Source: Candidatus Moraniibacteriota bacterium
GTDB lineage: Bacteria > Patescibacteriota > Minisyncoccia > Moranbacterales > GWC2-37-73
Reading direction: 5' to 3'
Length of the DNA: 64,000 nt
NCBI GenBank assembly: GCA_035390125.1
Contig: DAOOTD010000001.1
Coordinates: 31,619 to 95,618 of the forward strand
The notes under the pieces were generated by a model. It worked only from the letters and a program-made list of their open reading frames with translations. It made no database searches and was not told the DNA's origin. Of the stretch, positions 20,462 through 29,811 are shown one piece after another. Numbering within the stretch: position 1 is the stretch's first letter; each line of letters starts with the position of its first letter. The position numbers and the translations under genes are program-made.

Positions 20462-21986
20462 ACCCATCACCAGAGAAAAACTGATTGAATACAAAAAAGA
20501 CATTGTTGTCTTTCTTCAGGAACAATACATCCTAGAAGATGGTAAGCCGATTAAACTGGAGGAATTTCAAAAGAAAATCCTCAGAGATATTTTCCAGACC
20601 AAAAATACAAATGGTTTCAGGAAATACAACCTGGTTTTGATTGGCGTGCCAAAAAAGAATGGAAAATCCACGATGGCATCGGCAGTGGCTTTGTATTCCT
20701 TGTTTACTGAAATGAACGGCGAAGTTTACGGAGCGGCAGGCGACAAGGATCAGGCCAAAATTATTTTCCAGATGACCAAGCGAGCCATTGAAAGAAATCC
20801 CATTTTGCTTGATTCAGTGAGAATCTACAAAGATGAAATTGTGGTTCCCAGCACAAACAGTGTCTATCGCGTTCTCTCCGCTGACGCCCCAACTGCCCAT
20901 GGTTTGAATCCCTCCTGCGTGATTTTCGATGAACTTTGGAATCAACCCAATCGTGACCTGTATGACGCGCTAACGCAAAGTCCAGTCCGAAAAGAACCGC
21001 TGACTTTTGTGGTAACTTACGCCGGAACAGACCAGACCAGTTTGCTCTATGACATCTATCAGACAGGAATGCAAAAGCGAGACTCCAAAATGTATTTTTT
21101 CTGGAGTGAAAATAATTTGGCGAGCTGGGTGAATGAGGAATATCTGGAACAGCAACGGATGCGTCTGCCAGCTGGAGTGTATCAACGACTCCATGAGAAC
21201 AAGTGGGTGCAGGGTGAAAATGCGTTCATTCAAAAATCGGAAGTGGAAGCCTGTAAAGATTATGCTTTGAAGCCCCAGCTTAACGGCAGGGAAAATATAA
21301 AGTATTATCTGGCAGTGGATTTGGGATTAATCCGCGACAGAACAGTTTTGACGATTTGCCACAAAGATAAAAATGATAACCTTATTTATCTCGACTTCAT
21401 CAAAACTTATCAAGGCACCAAAAAGAACCCGGTGCTCATCAGCGACATTGAGTCGGATATCCTTTGGGCGAATCAAAATTTCAACATCAGAAAAGCCATT
21501 TTGGATATCTGGCAGATGAAAAACAGCGCCCAGAAATTAAAAAGGATGGGAGTGAGAATAGAAGAATTTACATTCACATCAAGCACTATTCAGAAATTAT
21601 CCCAGAACCTCTTCTACTTGTTTCATAATTCTCTCATCAGAATTTTCCCTTGCAAATTGCTGGAAGATGAACTACTGAGTCTGAACGCCGAAGAAAAATC
21701 GTATGGTTGGAGATTGGATCATAAGTCGGGAGGATTTTCTGACCATGTCATAAGTCTTGGGATGAGCAGTATGTTCGCCATCCAAGATGAACGGGCGAGT
21801 GCTGGAGTGCTCATTTCCGAAAGTCCAACTTTTGAAGAGTTCGAAGCCCAGCTCAAAAAAGAGGAACAGTTACGAGGCAAGGTCATTGAAGCAGGAGTAA
21901 AGAAGCCAGAACATATTAAACCTAAACAATCCTTTCCCACACTCAAAGAGTTGGAAGAGTTTCGGGCAAGGAAATACATTCTATGA
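20448..21986 (+). CDS. Phage terminase large subunit
   Basis: Walker A VPKKNGKST, HGLNPSCVIFDE Walker B, nuclease AVDLG...D. Confidence 0.92.
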   Translation: MTKIKPITREKLIEYKKDIVVFLQEQYILEDGKPIKLEEFQKKILRDIFQTKNTNGFRKYNLVLIGVPKKNGKSTMASAVALYSLFTEMNGEVYGAAGDKDQAKIIFQMTKRAIERNPILLDSVRIYKDEIVVPSTNSVYRVLSADAPTAHGLNPSCVIFDELWNQPNRDLYDALTQSPVRKEPLTFVVTYAGTDQTSLLYDIYQTGMQKRDSKMYFFWSENNLASWVNEEYLEQQRMRLPAGVYQRLHENKWVQGENAFIQKSEVEACKDYALKPQLNGRENIKYYLAVDLGLIRDRTVLTICHKDKNDNLIYLDFIKTYQGTKKNPVLISDIESDILWANQNFNIRKAILDIWQMKNSAQKLKRMGVRIEEFTFTSSTIQKLSQNLFYLFHNSLIRIFPCKLLEDELLSLNAEEKSYGWRLDHKSGGFSDHVISLGMSSMFAIQDERASAGVLISESPTFEEFEAQLKKEEQLRGKVIEAGVKKPEHIKPKQSFPTLKELEEFRARKYIL

Positions 21987-22087
21987 AGACCAAAACCCAG
22001 TCGCTGTTATCGTCCCTGTTTATATCGGCATTATTCGCAACATTCATTTGGACAATGTATGAGCGCTATTGCCAAACAGTCAGATAA
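21983..22087 (+). CDS. Small hydrophobic peptide (34 aa)
   Basis: ATGA overlap with terL stop; MKTKTQSLLSSLFISALFATFIWTMYERYCQTVR. Confidence 0.4.
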   Translation: MKTKTQSLLSSLFISALFATFIWTMYERYCQTVR

Positions 22088-22128
22088 TAGCTGTTGTCAG
22101 TCCCTTTTAATTTGTAATTTTAACCAAA

Positions 22129-22623
22129 ATGATAATCATTCAATTTTTACGAGAAGTGAGCGCGGGAAGATTCTTCCATAATTTGAAAGATGTGAAGAAA
22201 ATTCATCCAGTTTTTAAGCGGTATATTTCAGAAGTTGGTGAGGATAAGTATCTTATTAAAGACGATGAGAAAATAGTGGCAGAGTGTCGTTTTGATATTT
22301 CTGATTTGGAAATGCTTTGCGAAGCGCGATTCTATAATCTAAAAGGCGACCAAGAGTCGCTAAAAAAACTGATTGTTTTTACTCTTCCCAGATATATTGA
22401 TGAACGAGCTTTCATTGCCGACAGCAACGGTCTGGGATATTACTTCGATGCCACCAATCATTTCCTGATTGACGGTGATAAGTATTATTTAATCGGCAAT
22501 GATGATGAAAAGCTAATTCCCATTGAGCATTACCGCCTGCCGATAGAAGTGAAAAGGGAAGATTGGCAGGAAAAGCTGAAGAATCTCTTGGAAAAAGCCA
22601 AAAGCCAAGGAGTGGATAAGTAG
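22129..22623 (+). CDS. Hypothetical protein
   Basis: 164-aa ORF, no motif recognised. Confidence 0.65.
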   Translation: MIIIQFLREVSAGRFFHNLKDVKKIHPVFKRYISEVGEDKYLIKDDEKIVAECRFDISDLEMLCEARFYNLKGDQESLKKLIVFTLPRYIDERAFIADSNGLGYYFDATNHFLIDGDKYYLIGNDDEKLIPIEHYRLPIEVKREDWQEKLKNLLEKAKSQGVDK

Positions 22624-22681
22624 GCCTTGATAGTATTCCCCAAAGAGCTATGGTGTGTCCATAAGTTAAGAGTAAAACAAA

Positions 22682-23533
22682 ATGGATCATATCAAAGACT
22701 ATTTGGATTACCTGAAACTGGAGCGGTGCTTAAGCGAGCACACGGTCAGGGTCTACAAAAACAATCTGCATGAGTTTCGTGATTATTTAGGAAAGAGCGG
22801 TTCAATTAGGGCGACAAAGAGGAAAGACATCCGAGCCTTCCTCTTTTCGTTAGCCAATCAGCCGATTACCAAAAGATTGAAACAAACGACCCTGCGAAAT
22901 TTCTTCAGATTCTTGGAAGACGAAAATATCATCAGAGATAATCCGATGAAAAATCTGCCGATGCCCAAAGTAATCAGCCGTGAGCCAAGTTATCTTTCAG
23001 AATTAGAAGTCAGGAAATTGATTGGCGCGGTGGAAAAGGATGAGTCCAAGTTTCAACCAAGAAACGAGGTGGCAGTTAGGATTTTAGCCGAGACAGGCTT
23101 TCGACTCAGTGAATTGACCAATATAAGCCTCAACGACATCAATTTGGAAAACAAAACCATCCGTATTAGGCGGAAAGGCAATGTGGAACAGGTTGTGCCG
23201 ATTAACAAAAGACTAGCCAAATTATTGAAAGTATTTATGAAGGGCAAAAAACCAAATGAACCGCTGATCAAAAGCAGTCTGGGGAAAAGAATGACTGCGA
23301 GGAGGGTTTCTTTGATGCTTCAGAAGTATTTGGAAAAAGCCGGAGTAGCAAGAAAAGGAATATCAGTCCATAGCCTTCGTCACAGCTATTGTGTGAGGCT
23401 TTTGGAAAAAGGGGCGAGTCTCCGGGCGACTCAGATTTTGCTCGGACATAAATCTATTGCTACGACGGAAAGATATATGCATCTCACTAAAAATCAGCTG
23501 GCGAAGGAAGTGAAGCTGTCCCAGATAGATTGA
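22682..23533 (+). CDS. Tyrosine recombinase 3 (XerC/D-like)
   Basis: YLDYLKLER.LSEHT..VY, TGFRLSE, HSLRHS, LGHKSIATTERY. Confidence 0.93.
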   Translation: MDHIKDYLDYLKLERCLSEHTVRVYKNNLHEFRDYLGKSGSIRATKRKDIRAFLFSLANQPITKRLKQTTLRNFFRFLEDENIIRDNPMKNLPMPKVISREPSYLSELEVRKLIGAVEKDESKFQPRNEVAVRILAETGFRLSELTNISLNDINLENKTIRIRRKGNVEQVVPINKRLAKLLKVFMKGKKPNEPLIKSSLGKRMTARRVSLMLQKYLEKAGVARKGISVHSLRHSYCVRLLEKGASLRATQILLGHKSIATTERYMHLTKNQLAKEVKLSQID

Positions 23534-23577
23534 CCGGAGTTCTTTGAAAACTAAAAAAAGAAAACCGATAAGTTAAT

Positions 23578-23850
23578 GGATGGAGAGACAGGATGGACGG
23601 GTTGATTTTCGCCGATATAAATGTAATAATAAAATCAACAATTAAATGCCTAACCCTTGTGAGTAAAATCGCAAGGTATGGTATGAAAACCGACTAAAGT
23701 GTATTAAGCTCTCCATCCAGAGCACTTTAGTCGGTCATGTCTCGAAAGGGATATGGGTGTCCGCAAGGACATCGCTGGTGGGGAGCTTTGTGTTTTTCTG
23801 CCAGCGAAAACTGGCAGTTTTTTAATTCATTAAAAAAACCGACTAAAAAA
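23578..23850 (+). ncRNA. Structured leader/attenuator-like RNA upstream of TM2 gene
   Basis: 13-bp stem, two GNRA hairpins, mutually exclusive terminator/antiterminator. Confidence 0.45.
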
Positions 23851-24795
23851 ATGGAAACACAAAACAAGAAGTGCCAATTTTGCGGAGAAGAAATTCTTGC
23901 AGAAGCTAAAAAATGCAAACACTGCGGAGAATGGCTGGAGACAGGACACGAGCCAGTTAAAAATTCCAAGAGTAAAGTAGTCGCCTTTTTATTGGCTTGG
24001 CTTTTGGGAGGACTGGGAGCGCACAAGTTTTATCTGGGAAAAACAGGACAAGGTTTTCTGTATTTGATATTTTGTTGGACGCTGATTCCATCGTTTGTCG
24101 CTTTCTTTGAAGGCATCGGATACATCGCCAGCAGTGATGAAAAATTTGCGAGCAAATATATCAATGGTTCAAATAATAATGAAAACAAGAAAGAAAGTTC
24201 TTTCAAGAAAATACTGCTGGCAGTGATAATCGCGGTGGGTGCTTTCTCAATACTGCTGGTTGTGATCGGCAATTCAATGGACGAGGTTGAAAAGAAAAAG
24301 AACGAGGCTGTTGTCCAGCCAGCGGAAACTCCAAAGCAGGAAACAGCACCGATTGAAACTGCCCAGGAAAAAATCGTGAGCTATCGGGAATTGAAGAGCT
24401 ATGAAAAATCTGGCAAGACCTGGAAAAGCATAGTCATCCCTCCCAAAACTTCTCAGGCAGATTTGATCGCATTGGCTAAAGATCTGCACAAAAAAGATGC
24501 CAAGAGCTATTTTCACATTTTTGACGATGATGCCAAATTTCAGGAATATATGGATTGGGATATAAATTATGGGAAGGTGAGGGATAAAGACGGAAAAGTA
24601 AAAACGATAGATCAATGTTCAGATATGAATTATTGCCAATCGCTTGTCCAACAACAAAAATATGCCTATCCCTTTCCAGAGGCATGGAGTGACAAACACG
24701 AGATTGCCATGATCAACGAGATGCTCGACATCAGCAGTGGAATGATGAAGTGGAAGCTGTCCAGTCCGCTGGGAATTGAAATAGTGGGGTTATAG
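23851..24795 (+). CDS. Zinc-ribbon + TM2-domain membrane protein
   Basis: [16 protein letters not shown]; [18 protein letters not shown]2 motif; ATG at 23851. Confidence 0.85.
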   Translation: METQNKKCQFCGEEILAEAKKCKHCGEWLETGHEPVKNSKSKVVAFLLAWLLGGLGAHKFYLGKTGQGFLYLIFCWTLIPSFVAFFEGIGYIASSDEKFASKYINGSNNNENKKESSFKKILLAVIIAVGAFSILLVVIGNSMDEVEKKKNEAVVQPAETPKQETAPIETAQEKIVSYRELKSYEKSGKTWKSIVIPPKTSQADLIALAKDLHKKDAKSYFHIFDDDAKFQEYMDWDINYGKVRDKDGKVKTIDQCSDMNYCQSLVQQQKYAYPFPEAWSDKHEIAMINEMLDISSGMMKWKLSSPLGIEIVGL

Positions 24796-24801
24796 GCTAA
24801 G

Positions 24802-24828
24802 AAAACCGGGGCGAAATGCCTCGGTTTT
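24802..24828 (+). terminator. Rho-independent terminator
   Basis: AAAACCGGGGC-GAAAT-GCCTCGGTTTT. Confidence 0.75.
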
Positions 24829-24964
24829 GTTATGCGGTGGCATCATTTACCCAACTTCAGATAAAAGTCGCACAAATCGCAGAATTTGGCGAAATTTAGG
24901 CTCTAAAACCCTTTACCAGAGGTCTGTTTTCTGCTAAAATTGAAGAATAAATGAGGTAAAAACG

Positions 24965-26284
24965 ATGAAGCAGAAAACCGCTCTGGACATTTTGAAATTG
25001 GGACACAATGTGTTCCTGACAGGCCCCGCCGGAAGCGGGAAAACTTTTTTATTGAACCAATATATCGATTATCTCAAAAGCAAAAATATCGGAGTGGCGG
25101 TGACAGCCTCCACTGGAATTGCCGCGACTCACATGAACGGGCAAACCATCCACAGCTGGTCAGGAATGGGCATCAAGGATGATCTGACTCAAGGGGATTT
25201 GCATAAACTCAAAGGCAAATTCTATTATCGCAAACGCTTTGCCAAAACTGGCGTCCTTATCATAGACGAAATATCCATGCTTCATGCTCATCAGTTGGAT
25301 ATGGTCAACAAAGTTTGCAAACTTTTCAAAGACCCATTCTTGCCATTTGGCGGATTGCAGGTAATTTTATGCGGAGATTTTTTTCAGCTTCCGCCAGTTG
25401 CCAAAGAAAACCAAAAATCCAAGTTTGTAATTGAGTCTTTGGCTTGGCAGGAAATGAATCCGCAAATCTGTTATCTGGAAGAACAATACCGCCAAGAGGA
25501 TGAAAAGATGACTAAAATTCTTAATGCCATCAGAAACCAGCAGGTGGATGATAAGATTTTGGGTTTAGTTTTGACGAGAGAAAATAAGCCGATCAGAAGC
25601 GATATTTATCCGACTAGGCTTTTTACTCACAACGCCAATGTGGATGCTATCAATAATTTAGAGCTGGACAGAATCAAAGAAAAACCTTTAGCCTACAAGA
25701 TGCACTCGGACGGCAATGAAAAATTGGTGAACATCATCAAAAAAGGATGCCTTGCTCCGGAACGGCTAGTGCTGAAAATTGGAGCGATGGTGATGTTTGT
25801 CAAAAACAATTTTGATCGCGGTTATGTTAACGGCACCTTAGGAAAAATCATTGGCTTTGACGAAAACAAATTGCCGATAGTGGAAACTTTTTCAGGAAAG
25901 GAAATTGTAGCGACTCCAGAAAAATGGGCGATTGAAGAAGATGATATAGTGATCGCATCTATCACTCAAATTCCACTTCGTTTGGCTTGGGCAATTACGG
26001 TTCACAAAAGTCAGGGAATGACACTGGACGCGGTGGAAATGGATTTGAGCAAATCATTCGAATACGGAATGGGATATGTGGCGTTGTCGCGCCTGCGAAC
26101 TTTGGATGGTATAAAGCTTTTGGGAATCAATGAAACCGCGCTAGAAGTTAATCCTGAAATTTGCGAACTGGACAAAACACTTCAGGAGTTATCTGAAGCC
26201 AGTGTGGTGGAAGTATCAAGCTTAAGCTGGTTTAATAAGAGGACGAAGCAGAAGGAGTTTGTGAAGAAGGTTTCAAAGATTTAG
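24965..26284 (+). CDS. PIF1-family helicase
   Basis: GPAGSGKT, ASTGIAA, IDEISM, GDFFQLPPV, AITVHKSQG, YVALSR. Confidence 0.93.
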   Translation: MKQKTALDILKLGHNVFLTGPAGSGKTFLLNQYIDYLKSKNIGVAVTASTGIAATHMNGQTIHSWSGMGIKDDLTQGDLHKLKGKFYYRKRFAKTGVLIIDEISMLHAHQLDMVNKVCKLFKDPFLPFGGLQVILCGDFFQLPPVAKENQKSKFVIESLAWQEMNPQICYLEEQYRQEDEKMTKILNAIRNQQVDDKILGLVLTRENKPIRSDIYPTRLFTHNANVDAINNLELDRIKEKPLAYKMHSDGNEKLVNIIKKGCLAPERLVLKIGAMVMFVKNNFDRGYVNGTLGKIIGFDENKLPIVETFSGKEIVATPEKWAIEEDDIVIASITQIPLRLAWAITVHKSQGMTLDAVEMDLSKSFEYGMGYVALSRLRTLDGIKLLGINETALEVNPEICELDKTLQELSEASVVEVSSLSWFNKRTKQKEFVKKVSKI

Positions 26285-26326
26285 AGTCGGTGGCTTTTTC
26301 AAGCATTTGGGCTTAAGACAGTATTA

Positions 26327-26354
26327 TTGACTAGTTTCCTTAATATGGTATACT
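26327..26354 (+). promoter_or_regulatory. Putative promoter of Fic-CBASS operon
   Basis: TTGACT-16 nt-TATACT with extended TG. Confidence 0.55.
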
Positions 26355-26386
26355 GTAAATAATCATCTAAACCAACTTAAGAATAT

Positions 26387-27334
26387 ATGCAATATTTAGA
26401 CAAAAAAATCCAAAAAAGAATTGATGACAAATTGAAGTTGCTGAATTCTTTTCGTCCACTGCCATCCTCTGCAGTTAAAAAACTCAGGGAACAATTTGAA
26501 GTGGAAATGACCTATAATTCCAATGCGATTGAGGGTAACAGTTTGACTCTCAAAGAAACCTATCTGGTCATCAATGAGGGCATAACCATCAAAGGCAAGC
26601 CACTAAAGGATCATCTTGAGGCTAAAAGCCACAAGGAGGCTTTGGACTATTTGTATTCACTGGTGGAAAGCGGAAAGAACAATACCGTGTCGGAAAGGTT
26701 TATTAGATCGCTGAATCAAATCGTGATGCAAGATATTGATAAAGAATGGGCGGGAAAATACCGAAACAGCGGGGTGATTATTGGTGGAGCGGATCACAAA
26801 CCGCCGGAAGCTTTAGAGATTCCGAGACTGATGCAAAATCTTATCAGTTGGGTCGGGGATAACAGTAAGAAAAAAATGCACCCAGTGGAATTAGCCAGTA
26901 TTTTGCACCACAAGTTGGTCTATATCCATCCCTTTTTTGACGGCAACGGCCGGACTTCACGCTTGACGATGAATATTGTTCTGATGCAGTCAGGATTTCC
27001 CCTGGTAATTGTCTTAAAGAATGATCGCAAAAGATATTATCGGTCGCTGTCTCTGGCAGATAAGGGCGACTATGTTCCGTTTGTGAACTTCATTGCTCGG
27101 GCGGTGGAGAGAACATTGGATATTTATCTGAAAATACTAATGCCAAGCAAGAAAGGCAAAGAGGAATTTATCCCGTTGGCAGAATTAGCCAAGGATACAA
27201 AATTTACGGAAAAATATCTGAATCAACTGGCTCGCAGTGGAAAACTGGAGGCGCACAAGGAAGGACGCAATTGGCTTACCTCCAAAGATGCACTGAAAAG
27301 ATATTTGGACAGCAGGGAAAGAAAGAGGAAATAA
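26387..27334 (+). CDS. Fic-domain protein with C-terminal HTH
   Basis: SNAIEGN inhibitory motif; HPFFDGNGRTSR. Confidence 0.93.
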   Translation: MQYLDKKIQKRIDDKLKLLNSFRPLPSSAVKKLREQFEVEMTYNSNAIEGNSLTLKETYLVINEGITIKGKPLKDHLEAKSHKEALDYLYSLVESGKNNTVSERFIRSLNQIVMQDIDKEWAGKYRNSGVIIGGADHKPPEALEIPRLMQNLISWVGDNSKKKMHPVELASILHHKLVYIHPFFDGNGRTSRLTMNIVLMQSGFPLVIVLKNDRKRYYRSLSLADKGDYVPFVNFIARAVERTLDIYLKILMPSKKGKEEFIPLAELAKDTKFTEKYLNQLARSGKLEAHKEGRNWLTSKDALKRYLDSRERKRK

Positions 27335-27346
27335 TCTTCGAATTCA

Positions 27347-28270
27347 ATGGCAATCTATGAATCGCAAATTAATACCTGGGCAAATCAAGGAGCGACAGTA
27401 AGTGCTGCCGCTACTTATACTTCGGTAAAAGCAGCTCTTGAACACGAAAAATCTCCCATAAAGGAACTTATTGCAAATAAAAAAGTAATTGTTTATCTTC
27501 AGGGTTCATACAGAAACGGAACTAATATCCGTGGCGACAGCGACGTGGATATTATCGTTGAATTGAAAAAAACTTTCGGACACGATTTATCCAGTCTTTC
27601 CAAAGAAGAGGCGATCCATCATGAATTATCCCATAGCCCGGCTACTTATACTTGGAAAGATTTTCGTTTGGACGTAATCAAAGCGCTGGAAAGTTATTAC
27701 GGAAAACTTCTTGTTGATTCTAGCGGTAATAAATCAATAAAATTGTTGCCGACATCCGGCAGAATTAAAGCCGATATTGTTCCAGTTATTCACTTTAGAA
27801 AATATTGGTCATTCAGTGGGTCGAATGATTATCTGGCGGAAGAAGGCATAAAATTTTATCACCTGAAATCTGGACATGCTATCGTGAATTATCCAAAACA
27901 TCATTATGATAATGGCGTTGAGAAAAATGATAAAAACAGAACAGCTGGATTATTCAAGCCATCTGTCAGGGTTTTCAAAAATGCACGAGAATATCTCATT
28001 GACAAGAGATTAATCACTGGCGACATTGCTCCGTCCTATTTTTTGCAGAGCCTTATTTATAATGTTCCGGACAGTTGTTTTTGCAACAGCAATCACGATA
28101 CCTACTTCAATGTTCTCAAACATCTTTATGAAAATTCTCTGGATGAATTTATTTGTCAGAATGAACAGACGCTGCTTTTCGGAGATACACAGGAGCAATG
28201 GAAAAAAGATGATGCGGAAAAGTTTATTGCTAATCTTGTTTATCTTTGGGATAACTGGGAAACGATATGA
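27347..28270 (+). CDS. CBASS cGAS/DncV-like nucleotidyltransferase (CD-NTase, CdnE-like)
   Basis: LQGSYRNGTNIRGDSDVDII, ADIVP, NYPKHH, PSYFLQSLIYNVP. Confidence 0.88.
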   Translation: MAIYESQINTWANQGATVSAAATYTSVKAALEHEKSPIKELIANKKVIVYLQGSYRNGTNIRGDSDVDIIVELKKTFGHDLSSLSKEEAIHHELSHSPATYTWKDFRLDVIKALESYYGKLLVDSSGNKSIKLLPTSGRIKADIVPVIHFRKYWSFSGSNDYLAEEGIKFYHLKSGHAIVNYPKHHYDNGVEKNDKNRTAGLFKPSVRVFKNAREYLIDKRLITGDIAPSYFLQSLIYNVPDSCFCNSNHDTYFNVLKHLYENSLDEFICQNEQTLLFGDTQEQWKKDDAEKFIANLVYLWDNWETI

Positions 28271-28857
28271 TGCACCCCTATTCAACGAATACCAATGAAA
28301 GAAAAATAATCCCTTTCTATCTTGCTTGTATAGCTATTGTTTTAACCTGGGGAATGAGCGCAATTCTTGCAAAACTGCAAATTTCTTTTCCTTGGTGGGC
28401 AAGCGCGCCATCAGTTATGGGAATATACGGTCTACTATATAGCGTATTTGACAAATTTATTTGGCGAAAACCCTTTTTGAAAAAATTGGGGATAATTAAA
28501 ACCCCGGATATTTCAGGAAAATGGAGGGGGAAGCTACAATCATCTTTCAATTCTCAAGATTTCGTAAATACTGATGTTAAAATATCTCAAACCTGGACAG
28601 AAATTGAAATTTTACTAAAGACCGATAATTCTTGTTCAAATAGTACGGTTGCTTCAATAATGGTAGGGGTTTCAAATAATGCCTCGCTTCATTATCAGTA
28701 TCAGAATAATCCCAAATCAAGTTCTGTTGATAGCATGCAAATCCATTATGGAACAACTTATTTATCCTGTTCTGGTGATAAATTAGAGGGCGAGTATTAT
28801 TCTGGGCGTGGTCGTCAGAATATTGGAAGCATAGAACTGCACAAGGTTATTGAATAA
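28267..28857 (+). CDS. CBASS Cap15-like effector (2TM + beta-barrel)
   Basis: Two TM helices, PDISGKWRG, ISQTW, YQYQNNP, LEGEYYSGR; coupled to CD-NTase. Confidence 0.85.
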   Translation: MMHPYSTNTNERKIIPFYLACIAIVLTWGMSAILAKLQISFPWWASAPSVMGIYGLLYSVFDKFIWRKPFLKKLGIIKTPDISGKWRGKLQSSFNSQDFVNTDVKISQTWTEIEILLKTDNSCSNSTVASIMVGVSNNASLHYQYQNNPKSSSVDSMQIHYGTTYLSCSGDKLEGEYYSGRGRQNIGSIELHKVIE

Positions 28858-28865
28858 GAAAAACT

Positions 28866-29591
28866 ATGCAACCAGCCTACAATTTAGACAAAATCAAATT
28901 CGCCACAGATCCGCCTACTTTTGAAAAGGCGGTGGCTTTGTATGAAAGCGGTAAAGTGACGGAATTTAAGGAGGGCATTGGTGCGTATTCTGCCATAGTC
29001 GCAGGAACGAAACCTTATCGAGTATCTGTTGAAGCTCGGCGATTTGGATTGGCTACTTGCACTTGTTATCTTGGGCAGAATGACACGCTTTGCAAACATA
29101 TGGTGGCCGTATCAATTTATGCGGTTATGCGAGGCAAGAAAATAAAGCCGGAAGACGCGAAGGTATTCAGTAGTTCGGTATGCAGTGGAAAACTTGGAAA
29201 ATTAAGTGAGGAAGAATTAAAGAAAATTAAACAAGAAATTACTTCAGCTCTAAAATATATCAAGGCATATAGCGGCCCATCACGAACATGGTTTGCTTAT
29301 CAGGCTTCGCTTTCAGAAGGATGCAATCGTTTGGCTAAAATTGTTTCCGAATTGCCAGCTGGCGAACAAACCGCAGAATTATTGGTCAGCCTCCTTTTGC
29401 GTCTGGATAAAAAACTGTGCACTGGAGGTGTGGATGATTCGGACGGTACTGTTGGCGGATTTATAGAAGAAGTTGTGGTTGTGCTTCAGGAATATGCGAA
29501 GCTTGATCCGGAATGCAAGAAGGCTCTCGTTGTTCTGGAAAAAACAGAGACTTGTTTCGGGTGGGAAGAACCGCTTTTGAAATTGAAATAG
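28866..29591 (+). CDS. SWIM zinc-finger protein
   Basis: CTC-x7-CKH motif. Confidence 0.8.
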   Translation: MQPAYNLDKIKFATDPPTFEKAVALYESGKVTEFKEGIGAYSAIVAGTKPYRVSVEARRFGLATCTCYLGQNDTLCKHMVAVSIYAVMRGKKIKPEDAKVFSSSVCSGKLGKLSEEELKKIKQEITSALKYIKAYSGPSRTWFAYQASLSEGCNRLAKIVSELPAGEQTAELLVSLLLRLDKKLCTGGVDDSDGTVGGFIEEVVVVLQEYAKLDPECKKALVVLEKTETCFGWEEPLLKLK

Positions 29592-29771
29592 TCTCAATAA
29601 GATAAAAAACGCGTCATTTTGAACCGGCTTTGTAGAAAAGGGAATTACTTCCCCAGCAAGCAAAAAAGTCAGTTTTTTTATGGATAAATAAGCCTGTTTT
29701 AAGCTATATTTGACGATTTAGTGGACAGGTCGATTTGACAAATAATTGATATTACGGCATACTGAAAATAG

Positions 29772-29787
29772 CTTACCTATCGGTAAG
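29772..29787. promoter_or_regulatory. Putative TetR operator
   Basis: CTTACC-TATC-GGTAAG palindrome between a TTGACA/CATACT promoter and the tetR start. Confidence 0.55.
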
Positions 29788-29811
29788 TAAATAAGAAGTA
29801 ACCAAGAAAGC

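Noticed and set aside
11301-22620. Replication origin from DnaA-box-like sites
   Set aside because: Only isolated imperfect boxes, no cluster or unwinding element.
13576-23533. Complete prophage
   Set aside because: No portal, capsid, tail or lysis genes recognisable.
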